IMG/VR virus record: IMGVR_UViG_3300017956_000016
Span: 1-54,477 of that record
DNA from: a virus
Lineage: Duplodnaviria; Caudoviricetes
Length of the DNA: 54,477 bases
Direction: 5' to 3' (one strand)
The notes under the pieces were generated by a model. That model ran no database searches, was not told the origin of the DNA, and worked only from the letters and a program-made list of their open reading frames with translations. Both the position numbers and the translations under genes were made by a program. Shown here in pieces: positions 28,501 to 40,500 of this stretch. Within the stretch, counting starts at the first letter, position 1, and each line of letters opens with the position of its first letter.

Positions 28501-31500
28501 GGTTGCCAACCAGCAGATGTTGGGCTATAGATGATGGACTTGACGTATTCTCTGATACGAGTCAGATGATAGATTAGGTGCGTGCGAGTGATGTTTTGAT
28601 AGACAATAAAGTTACCGTCACCATCAAACCAAGAGGAAAGTTTATCAAACGCAGCATTGTTACCTCTAGTGATGATGTCGTAGATCACAGAATCAATAAC
28701 TTGATCTGCAAAGTCTGCATCACCAGCGTAAGATGGGTAGAAAGTGACAGTTTGATCGTATGCTCTCTGCTTGATTGCCTCTCTGTTGAAGTGGATCAAG
28801 CGTGCATCAACTTTGCTGCTGTTGGTGCCAGCACCAAAGGCAGTTTGATACATATCGAAGATGGTAGCGATTGCCTGACGCACGTCATAGCAGCTGCCCT
28901 GGTTATATTCCGTGGGGGCAGTATATGTCCCATCAGTCTTAGTGACCGTGGTGCCATAATAAGTAAGACCATTGCCAGCAATACCAGCATCCACGCCTTG
29001 AATTAGGATGTCAAACAATGTGTCGATTGCAGTTGCCTGCTGACCACATGCCTGATTCCAATCTGCTTGGTTTGTGCTTCCAACAGAGTAGTCCCAAGTA
29101 ACGGTGAGATCTCTGATGGGGAGATCGCCAGAATACTTACAAGGCCAGATGTTGGGAAGATCGCCAGAATAACCACCGCCAACTGTCTTAGGATATGTCT
29201 GGGCGTTGAGACCAGCAGGATCTGCAACAGTATCAGTGAGGACTTGAATAAGGGCATCTACAGCGTCATCAACGTCAGTGTCGCTAACGGCAGAAGAAAT
29301 AGCAGTCACGCTATATGTGTTGCCAGCAGAAACAGTCGGATTGCCACCCTGATAGATCTGCTTGGCAATATCTCTAGCAGTATTGAAAATCCAAATGGAC
29401 TCATTTGCCTGAGAAGTGATGTGTTGCAGATTGCCAGAAGAAACGTAGTATTCTGCAGAGGTGACCATCATGTTATCGCCACCATTTTGCAGGTTCCAGG
29501 ACATCCAATACAGGATGTCTGCAACGTCATGCATACAATTTTCAGATCCACCAGGAATCACCAGGGAAGGATATTGTGCTTGACCACGCAGCACTGCTTC
29601 CTCAGCAATGAAACGGATGTTTCTTTCAATAGATCTTGCAGCAGCAATTCTATTGTCGGAAGCGCCATTTCTTTCGTAGGATTCGTAAGTGTAGGAGTTG
29701 TCGTTGTGACCATCGATGTTGAAACGACCAAAACCGTTTCTAATGGTAAGAATTGCCATTTCCTTGGCAAACTTAAACACAGTCTTAGTTGCTTCCTCCT
29801 CACCTTCAATGTGGGAAAGGAATCCATCTTCTCTGATATAGAGTTGACCTGCTTCAAAGATTTCAGCGTTGCCACCAAACCTAAGGTCATGGACCAGGGC
29901 GCCAAGAATGTCAACAACGTCATCAACGCAATTTTGACGACCACCAGGAACCTGGAAGTCTGCAAACTTGGACAAGTCATTCATCATGCCAACTGCTTCC
30001 TTGGCAATGATGTGCTTGTTGCGCTCGATCATATTTGCAGCGTCAACATAGCGATCTGACTGATTTCTAGTCTGATCAAACTGCTCAGGATCCAGAGTAA
30101 CTGTAGTGTCTCTATATGCACTTCTGGAGGTGTAGATTGCGCTGTAATATTCATCTTGATAGAGTGCAGCAGCTCCATTGCTAGCAGCGGTTTCTCCAGG
30201 TCCGAGCAGCAGGTTGTTTGCTGCCTTCATGCACAAATCCTTAGCAAACTCAAATGCTTCAAGCATCGGTTGCAACTCATCTGTGATAAACAGAATTTCG
30301 TTGTCGGAATTGAGATAGAAGTCAATCGCAGCCTGTGTTTGGTAGTTGCCACCAGTCTGGAGGTCGGCAATAAGGGCGGGGATGATATAGTCCTTCATGT
30401 CCCGAATGCAAGCATTGCGATCGGGGATATTCAGAGTATTGACAGTTTGCCCACCGAGACTAATTGTGTAGAGGTTTTCAATGTAACCGACTGTTTCTTC
30501 AGCGATATAATCGCGGTTTTTCCAGATCAAGTCACCAGCATTTCTAAATCTGTGACCAGTAGGAGCAAGCTCATCAGCGATATAATCGCCAAGGGTGTCG
30601 AGTCTTGTTTCTACCTGAGTCGTGCCAGAAAGGGTATGGGGGATGCGAAGTTTGGTGGTGTATGTGCCAGACAGATCGGCAGATGCTGTGTTGATCACAT
30701 ACTTGCAGAGTTTGATGACTTCTCTCCAAGAATAGAGAGTCTGCAGCAACTCACTGCCAATAAACTTCAGATCGCCACCCTTGTTTCTATAGAAGCGTGC
30801 GTTGACGATAACGTTGTAGTTACCACCTTCCTTGAGGTCTTGGACAATAGCAGGAATGATGTAATCTCTAGTATCTCTGATGCAGATATTTGTGCCACCA
30901 TAAGATCCAGCAGCAGCACTGTCACCAGGAATAACAAAGTCGGGATAGTGTGCCTGCATGATGCCGACTGCTTCTTCTGCAATCCAAGCAGCATTCGCAG
31001 AAATGATGTCTGCAGAATCTCTGTAGATTTCATTTCCGAGATCAATCTCTTCAATAGTGATACGCTTGTTTTCATAATCAACGGCACCAAGAGTTGCAGA
31101 AGAAATGTTAGTGCCAGACAAAGTAGCAATCACATCGCCAGTGCCAACAACAGCGCCTTGCTGAGCATTCAAACCAAGGACAACACCAGTCCTGGTGAAG
31201 TCTGTGATGGTTGGACTTGTGAATGCAGCAGTGCGATCTGCATATCCTTTCCTGACCAGGAAGTTATCGAGATATCCATCAAGGTTATCGCCGCCGCCAG
31301 CGTTAGATCCAACATGACATTCTTGACTAATACCATAGTTGTTATTGTCAGCATCGCTGGAAACTTCAGCACCATCAATAAACAACTTTGTCGTTGATGT
31401 CTCAGAATCTTTAGAAACTGAAATGTGATACCATGTATCTACCACTAGACCAGCAGATGTTGTCTCAGAAACAGCAGTGCCGTTTCTCATCCAAGAAACT

Positions 31501-34500
31501 GTGTTGCCAGAGTTAGAAACAATCAGATAACCAGCGGAAGTGTCGCTCACATCCAGTCTATTATCGACCAGAGTAATTGTGCCCGTCAGAGAATTGAATC
31601 TGAAGTAACCTTCGATTGTGAAAGATCCATCTTCAAAACCAAAGTCATAGCTACGAGTTGCTTGACGGATATAGGGGCTACCGCCAGAGGTAAACGAATA
31701 ACTTGAAGTATTGTTTTGAATATTTGTGTTGTAGATGACGTTGCTGATGGAGACATTGTTTGATTCCAGACTGGAGTTTGTAATCAACTCTCCATTTTGG
31801 AATGCGCCTGTAATATTTCCACCATAGATCCACTTCAGACCAGAGTTGGACCCCTTGATTGGAGTGGTAGCATTGCTAGTGATACCTCTAAGTGTTTGAC
31901 CAGCAAAGAAGATCTTATTGCCACCCTCAGCATCTTTGTATGCAAATTTAGTAACACGAATAACCTCACCCGACTGATATCCACCATCGGTGATGATAAC
32001 CTCAGTGGGAGCAGTGCGGGTAGCATGTGACATGTTACCGTTGGTGTAAGACAGTGTGTAGATGCTCAGAAGAGAATCGACAAGTGCCGTCTCAGTGTTA
32101 CATGGAGTTAGAGATTGATCTGGTGTGATCGATACATCGAAGAATTGTTTCTTGCCATGGACGCCAGTAACAGCGACTCTAGGATAGAAGTAATCACCAC
32201 CAGCATGAGTGAAGTGCAGGTGTTGGAGGATGACACTAGATCCGTTGCTGAATGCAGGAGTGCCATCAACTGTGATGCTTAGAGTGCCATTCACTTCATC
32301 ATAAGTTGCACTCATGACGTTGTGGGTTGCTGATGCAGTGCTGACTTTGCCAGATCCAACATAAACAAAGGAATCACCAGGATCCAGAGATACAACAGGG
32401 ACAGCGACACTGAAGGTATTGCCAACTAGACCAGAAACGGTATGTGCCGTTGCCGAATTCTTGAGACATTCTTTAGCAATAGTTGCAACTTCTGCATAGA
32501 TGTTTGTAACTTCAGTTGGTGTTGCAGTGGAGTTATCGTATGCGATGGAATATGTGCCAGCATCATAAATTCTGCTGTTTCCACCATAACGAATGTCATA
32601 CGCGATTGCTTCAATGACATCTTTAATGTCGTCGAGGCAGTCATTGTCATTGCCCGTGGAAATGCTGAATCCAGGGTTTGCTGTCTTATAGACAAACAGA
32701 CCTTCTGCAGCAATAAATTCCTTATTCTTCAGGAGAAGGTCAGCAGCATCAATGCCATTGTTGCCGCCTGCAGTTGTGGGATCTGCATAGAGACCAACGA
32801 TCTTAGGACCACCAACACCTTCTGAAGTATAAGAAATAGCACCAGTTAGGTTGTGGGTATTCTCCGCAGCGAGAGATGTTGTGATGATATTTGTCAACTC
32901 TCTGACTGTTTGCTGGATATCCAAGCAATTAGTCAGGCTTGTGTTGTTACCTGCGCTGTAGTTTGCGTCATATGTGTAACCAGGAGCAGTGCCACCATAA
33001 GATGCAGGATCATTAAGGACTGCCAAGTCCTTAACAAACAGGAGGTTATTCATCGCATAATACATCATGTCTCTTGCTTTCAGCAGTGCTGTAAGAGACT
33101 CAGGCACCTCGCCATACAGACCATTCAGCAGGTAGTTGCCAGTTTCATCAAAATAGTTTTCAGCAAAGAATTGCGAATTAAACTCACCACCAGAAGCAAC
33201 ATCATTTGCAATGGCGTCAACAAAGTATCCAACATCTCTACGGCACTTCTCTTGGTTTGGTGTGAAGGAAGGCTTGGTCGATGCAGGAATGTCTAGAAGA
33301 TTTCCAGCAGTCAACGCCTCATCTTGCCATGTGTAAATTGTTGTCAGAGCAGCTCTAACATCAGCACAGGACTCGGGATCGTTGTTATCTGTATTGGTGC
33401 CTGGGGTGCCATATGGATCTCCAGGGGATACATCTGCAGTAATTGATTCATCGACATAACCAACTGCTTGATCACTGCTATTGACAGCAGTCCAAAGACC
33501 ACCATAGTTATTTGTGATTGCAGATTCGCAGTAAGCCTTTGCTTGACCCAAAGCATAAAGTAATTCAGAAGTGTTTCTGTCGTAACTTACAGTATTTGTA
33601 TCTGTGAAATACTCATTGATCCACTGCAGTGAATAGAGGTTGCCACCAGAATGAAGATCCAGTGCTACCGTTTCAACCCAAAGTCTCAGGTCGCTCAGGT
33701 ATCCGTCCTTGTCACCAGATGGTGTTGCAGGATACTGGGTCTTAAGATCATCATATGCATTGTGGATGATCTTATCAATATTTTTAATCAGTAGGCGATA
33801 AGCATCTCTATATCTGGAGGTGGTGTTTGTTTGGATATCTCCAGGGTAGTAGAAGTCTGGATGCACAACTGCAATTTCCCTTTCTGCTCTGTCAATGATT
33901 TCGTCCTTATTGAGACGAATCAGACGAGCGGCATCATATGCTCTATTGGATGCATTTGTGGTTACATTTCCATAGAAAATGGATCTGTTTCTGAGTTGAT
34001 CTCCCTTAGCGAAAGATCCTCCAGTAAGATTCTCATATTCAACTTCAGTGCTTCTAACCTCTTCAAAGTCGAGGAAGTCTTCATTGATTCTGGCACTGGA
34101 ATCTGTTACAGAGACTGGAGTGATGCTGGACTGAGAAATGTCATCAAGAATGATGTTGGGATTCTGAATAGCAACCAGTCTTTCATAAATCAGACCGAAG
34201 AATGTAGATCCTTGGTTAATGATAAGAGTGTCAACTGGTTGACCATTGTTGGGATCCAGGTATGGGCTGATGTAGATAATTTGAGCGACAATCTTACTCG
34301 TTGCCGAATAGATATACTCATTCAATTTGAGGTCAAAGATACCAGTTTCAAATCTTGCTGTGCCAGATGTCTTACTAACCAACAGTTCGTCAGTCAGGTT
34401 ACCATCTTCGTCAATGTTTGTGGTTTCGACCAGGGCAGTATCGCCCTCAAAGTTGGTGATAGACTCGCCAAACTTATAGATGCCCTCAGTATTCAAGAGA

Positions 34501-37500
34501 GTGACGCTTTCAACGATTGCGCTGAAAAGAGTTGTCCTCTTAATCAATTCACTGATCTCGAAAGGACCATCAGTGATGTTGATAACATCAATGTGGAATG
34601 TCCCAGAGTCAACAACAGTTGCATATGCCTCAGAGAAGTCTCCAGTAACTTGCTGACCGATGGTCGGGAAAATACCTTGAGGGTCGGTCAGTTGGATTCT
34701 ATAGACGGGGACAGTTGCAACTCGGATTGTGCGATATTTAACTTGAGATGCTGCCTTGGGTGGCTCATCAAAAACAATTTGACCACCAACAACACTATAT
34801 GCACTCTGGGGTGCTTGGATCACGCCATTCAGGGTGATAACCAGTTGGTTGGAATTGACAATAACTTGCTCACCCTCCACCGTAATTGGGAAGGTTTTTT
34901 CAATTCCATCAAATCTGCCAGAGATGTCATCGATTTTCTTGACGATAGATGTCAAGATTTCCTCAGAAGAAGTCAGTCTCTTATTTCTAAACAGGACTTC
35001 AGTGTTGTTGTAGTCTGTGTAGACGGGTTCGGCAGCACCGAAAGATGTAATTTGGTTGACGTTGGAGTACTCGTTAATGTTGACCTGCTTGATAAACTCA
35101 GTGCCAACACGACGACCAGAAACGTCCTTACCACCAGTCAGTTGCAGCTGACCAAACAGTTTGAAACCAGCAGGGTGGTTGTTATCCAGAATCTGTTTCT
35201 TCCACTTGGTGATGGGAATCTCAGAGCTGATAACGTAAGAGAAGTTTTGGTAGAAGAAGGAGTCTTGGATCTTCTGAATAATCTCAGAAGGTTTACCAAC
35301 ATCATCTGTGAAACGACCAGGAGTCGAGGTCAGGGAGTCAATATTCAACACACCCTTGGCGATGCTCAGGTTGTCGATAATACCAGATGCTTTGGACACC
35401 TCACCGTTGATCTTTTCTCCAACAGCAAAGTTGCCTGTATAGTTGACAATCTTCAGGATCTTGGGACCAGACTGCCAACCAGTGTTAGTGGAGACATAAC
35501 CAGTCGCAGATGCCAATTCGGGGCTGCTGCCTTGATAAATTTTCTCACCAGCAAGGAATCTAGAAGTTGCCACGACTGCTTCTGCTCTACCACCAAAGAC
35601 CTCAGTCAGAAGAGTCTGACGACCTTCACCTTGAGTCAGGAAAGTGATATAGTCACCAGCAGCTGCTGCCTCTGGTGTCAGAGCAAATCTCAACTGGTCA
35701 GAATCCAGACCATCAGCGATTGCATAGTAAATCTGACCTTCAACCAACGAAGTCAAACCAACACTGCTAGGTTTGGGCAGGATGCCAGTCGTTGATCCAA
35801 CATCATCAGCACGCAGTTGGACTTCAGCAGCAGTGGTAATGCCATGAGGGAAGTTAAACTGCAGATAGTTGAGGTCGAGGTTAATGACATAGTTAAACTC
35901 AGACTTCAGAGTAACCACGGGCTCGGAAGAATAACCACTACCAGGATTCTTGATTTGAATCTCATTCAAACGGTTGTTTTTCACAACAGCAACTGCTTCG
36001 GCACCTGTGCCACCACCGCCAGAGATGACAACAGCAGGAGCAGAGGTATAACCAGCACCAGGATCAGTGATCTTGATCTCTGTCAGAATAGATGTATTGA
36101 AGAGTTGCAGGTTGACTGGGAAGGAAATCTCAGGACGCAGAGTGTAGTCATGGGAATAACCGAAACCAAACTCATTATTCTTGAGTCTCTTGATCTTACC
36201 AATGTTTTTACCTGTCAGGAAGACAGAAGCACCGCTACCTTCGCTGGGGATGATAACGCTCAGAGCAGCACCAGATCCAGCGAGAGTGGGTCCAAGAATA
36301 CCTGTGATACCATCAACATCGATAGATGCTGTTGTGTATCCTTTACCAGGATCGGAAACTTGAGCAGAGGTGATAGCACCAGATCCAGTCTCATCATCAA
36401 GAGTAACTGTAATTGTAGCAAGACCACCTTCTCCGTCACCAGCAATAGGCACCTGATAGTAAACTCCAGGTTGATATTCTGTGCCACCATCAATAATTTC
36501 GATTCTTTCAATTTGACGGAAAGATGCAATATCAGAAACCACAGGAAGTTTCTGATAGAAACCACCAGGAGACACAAGTTTGATTGTGTTAATCGGACCA
36601 ATCGCCTTAACGGAAGTGGTGGAATAGTAACTATATGGGTTACCATTTTCATCATCTTGGACCTCAGCGTTAGTGGTCTCTGGCTCAACAAGAAGTGGGA
36701 ATTTGAATTCGGTTTGACTTACAACCTCAGAGATTTTGAAAGTGCCATCGAAAGGTGTCTTAATGACATCGATGAAGGAATTAGATCCAACGGGGGAATC
36801 TGCACCAACTCTTGACGGGTCGAAGTAGTAAGAAATATTGGTAACGTTACCAATGGCAGAGAATTTCACATAAGGCTGGCTACTAACACCAGACACACCA
36901 GGGGTGCCAACTCTAGTAATGTTGTTGAAAGAGTATTCGAGTTTATACTGGTTGTCTTGTGCAAACGACAGATAGTAACCGAAGTTTGTGCCATCACTAA
37001 CGTCAAAGACATATTGATGGTTTCTGATGAAGTTAATCGTGGGATGCTTAGCGTAAATGTTTACACTAGCAATAGTGCCTTGGTCAAATGTTGGAGCACC
37101 AGTAGCGGTGTCTCTGATCTTGAAGATGAATTCTCTAGATCCAAAGACTTCTTGGACGAAGAAAGATCCATTAAATTCATCTGCAACAAATCCTTCAGTA
37201 TAAAGGACTTCATTGACCACATAATTGTGGGGAGTGAGTGATGTTGCGTAAATCAGATCAGTGAGAGCACTGCTGCTTCTCTTGATATCTTTCTTGAGTG
37301 TGCAAACCAACTCAACTTTCTTAACCGAGGCGAAACCAGAAATTGTAAGGACCTTTTCCTTATCTGCACCCTGGTCATCGATTGTGATATTTGCAGAGCT
37401 GAGAGCGACCACATCACCAGGAATGTAAGAAGATGCAGGTTGCACATCCAGAATTTTGACTTGGTAGTTTGCGCCAGCGTCAAATCCAAGGAATCTTGCA

Positions 37501-40500
37501 TAATCTGAAAGTGCTTCCTCTGTGGATATCCAAGTCCATGTAACACCACCATCGCTAGCATCACCAGTCAGATGGACAGGAGCAGTGTCACCAGATGTGC
37601 CAGCAACTGCAACTTCATAGACGTTTCTCTTCCAGAAGACTCTGTATCCAACAGGATACAGGACACCTTCATCCCATCTCTCCATATCAGATCCCAACCA
37701 CTGAGGCAGGGGATACGGCTCCTCTTGAATATCGATGGTAAATTGACCAGCGGTCCTAATAAACACCCAAGTAATTGATCCGTCACTTACAGCACCAGTT
37801 GTATGAGTCGGAGGAGTTACACCAGAGGTGCCACCTGCTTGTGCCTCATAAATTCTGCCACCATAGTAAACTCTATCGCCAGTGGCATATGCTGTAGCAG
37901 TTACCCAAAGATCTTCTTCCTCAATACCAACAAACTTACCATCCATGGTATTAACGTCTGTTGCTTCAGTGGATTGGAGAAGCTCTCCGTTATCAAATGT
38001 GCCAAAGATCTTACCAATTTTGTATGTTGTGCCAAGACCAGGATTGGTAGTGGTGCCAGTCGGCACATCAACAATAGTGCCATATGCTTGGACAACACCG
38101 CTGTCGTTAACTTGCTGAAGAATTGATCCCTTGGTGAATTTAGCGTCTTGATTGAGGGTAAATTCAAAGATGTTGTCGATCTTGCTGTATCCAGCATCTT
38201 TAATGTAGAATTTGGGGATGACGTTTGGAGTGACAAACATCTTCTGACCATTCTTCACTGGGACAGTAGAAGACTTGGAGGACAGAGTTTCTTTTGTATT
38301 TGTCCATGTATATGTCTGGACAGTGGTATACAGAGACGGAGCATCAGAGAAGTCCAGAAGTTGCAGACCACCAGCACCAAGATCCCACTGATCAACTGCA
38401 GGTTGTGTTGTAACCTGAGTCCAAGTGCCAGCAGTAAATTCGGAAATCGTGAGATTGACGTGGTTAGTTGCTTCAGTGAGTGTATAAGTCCCTCTAGAAG
38501 TGGAGTGCTGTCTGTCGATCTTGACCATGACGATATCAGAATCGACACTGGTCACTTCAAACTGCTCAGTGGGCAAAGTAAATGCATTCGCATCAGTAAA
38601 CTCAGCTTTACCTGACATCACAACATCGTCGATGTTGCCTTGGAAACAAAGGGAAGAAGTCTGAGAAGAATCTCCACCAACAGCGATGTCACCAACATTA
38701 ACGTCAATTAGTGACTGATATGTGATAGCAGGATTGCCATTAACAAATACTGTAAAGTCCCAAACACCAACAGCGGTATTCTCCTTAACTATAGCAATGT
38801 GGACCCAAGCACTAGATCCAAATTCAGTATAGTAAGTGTTGGCAGCAGACACACCCACCTGGGTGCCGTTGATGTCCAACTCAACCTTTCCTTGATCAGC
38901 GTCACCATTGATGCCATTGATTCTGACCTGACAACCAGTAGAGGAATCAATTTCTGTAATGTCGAAGAAAATTGGAGTTGTATTCTGTGCTGCATATTGA
39001 GCAGTTGCCATGTTAAACCAACCAGCAACAGTCCAATTCAAAGCCGATGAATCAATGTCAGCATAAAGGAGTCTGTTTGGTGCAGTGAATTTCAGCGACC
39101 CTGTGCCAAACTTGTAAATTGCTTCATCGATTGATGCATCTCCAGGCACAGCAATGCTGAATGTGCCAATATTTCTCTTGGTGGTGTCGTAATCGTCATC
39201 ACTGGCGTCATCAAATCTAAAGACTGCAAACTGCTCTGGGACGAGTCTTTCATTGATGACGATAATATCACCAGAGTTATCAACAACAGAAGTTTTGTTT
39301 CTCGATCCAACCTGATCGGTAGTTTCGATGATGCTTTCATATTGAAGCGTGCCATCAAACTTAAGGGAATGGATGGTTGTTGCTTTTCTATCTTCCGCAT
39401 AGTCAATAGTAGTAGTAATGACAACGTTGCCGAAGATGTCAACGTGGAAACCAGTTGCATTGATGGAAGTGTAGTCTCCCTGAGGAGTCATAGTTTTGAT
39501 AAACTTCCAAGCATTTGCATTGTTTACATCAGAAAGAGTAAACTTACCAAATTGAATTCTTTCAAACTTACTATTAGCGTTGTTAAATACATCCCAGCAG
39601 ATGAATACGTCACCATACTCATCAATTTCAAACTTGGAGTTTCTTACATAACCACCACCGATGGGGGGAATCTGCTTGACGTAATCAACTTCGATGTTTG
39701 CCCCATCGAAGAAGAATTCACCATAAATGAGGTTATCTGTATCAAAGTTAACGCCAGTGAAGAAGAATCTGTCATCGGAGATCCACTTGATTTGGTCAAT
39801 TCTTTCATCACCATTGGAAGAAGCAATCTTACGCTTCTCTTTGATGTCGCCATCATTGTTGGATTGAATGACCCAGATATCCATCGCATCTAATGCGTTA
39901 GTATCTGTATAACCAACCAGATAGATTGACTTATTCTGATCCAGATAGATATCACTTACGAAATCCCTTCTGGCAGGACCAGAGATACCTGCGATAGATT
40001 TCTGCCACTGTAGAGTGCCTGTGGGGGCATTCTGAGCGTCTCTTTCGGAGATATACTTACCAAACCAGATATCAGGGTTAAATGCTGCGTTGTTGGGATC
40101 ATATGTTTGGCCTGCAACATAAATGGCGTCGTTTTCTTCTGTGTCATCAACATACAGAGAAACGAATTCCATTCTCTTGACGCCAGCGTTGTTGGGCAGC
40201 AAAGTCCTAACCCAAAGCACATCTCCATTGACATCAAACTTAGCGAGGATGCCGAGCATATCGTCATCTTCGGTTTCTTCAAGAGATCCACAAACGTAGT
40301 ATTCTCTCTTGCTGGTAATTGTCGAATCGTGGACCTGCAGAGTGCCACCATCATTCAGATATTCAGACAACCAATATCTAGTCTTGGTAAACGATTGTGG
40401 GTGACTGACACGAATCTGCGGGGGGTCGTTAATATCAAAACCATTACCAGAGTTGATGATATTAAAGGAATCTGCAACACCATCGGATCTGAGGTTAATT

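Noticed and set aside
33831-35795. 654-aa plus-strand ORF and other long antisense ORFs (13920-14966, 29067-30059, 30156-31397, 35817-36815)
   Set aside because: They lie exactly opposite large structural genes, have no recognisable motifs or RBS, and are explained by sense-strand codon bias that makes antisense stop codons rare.
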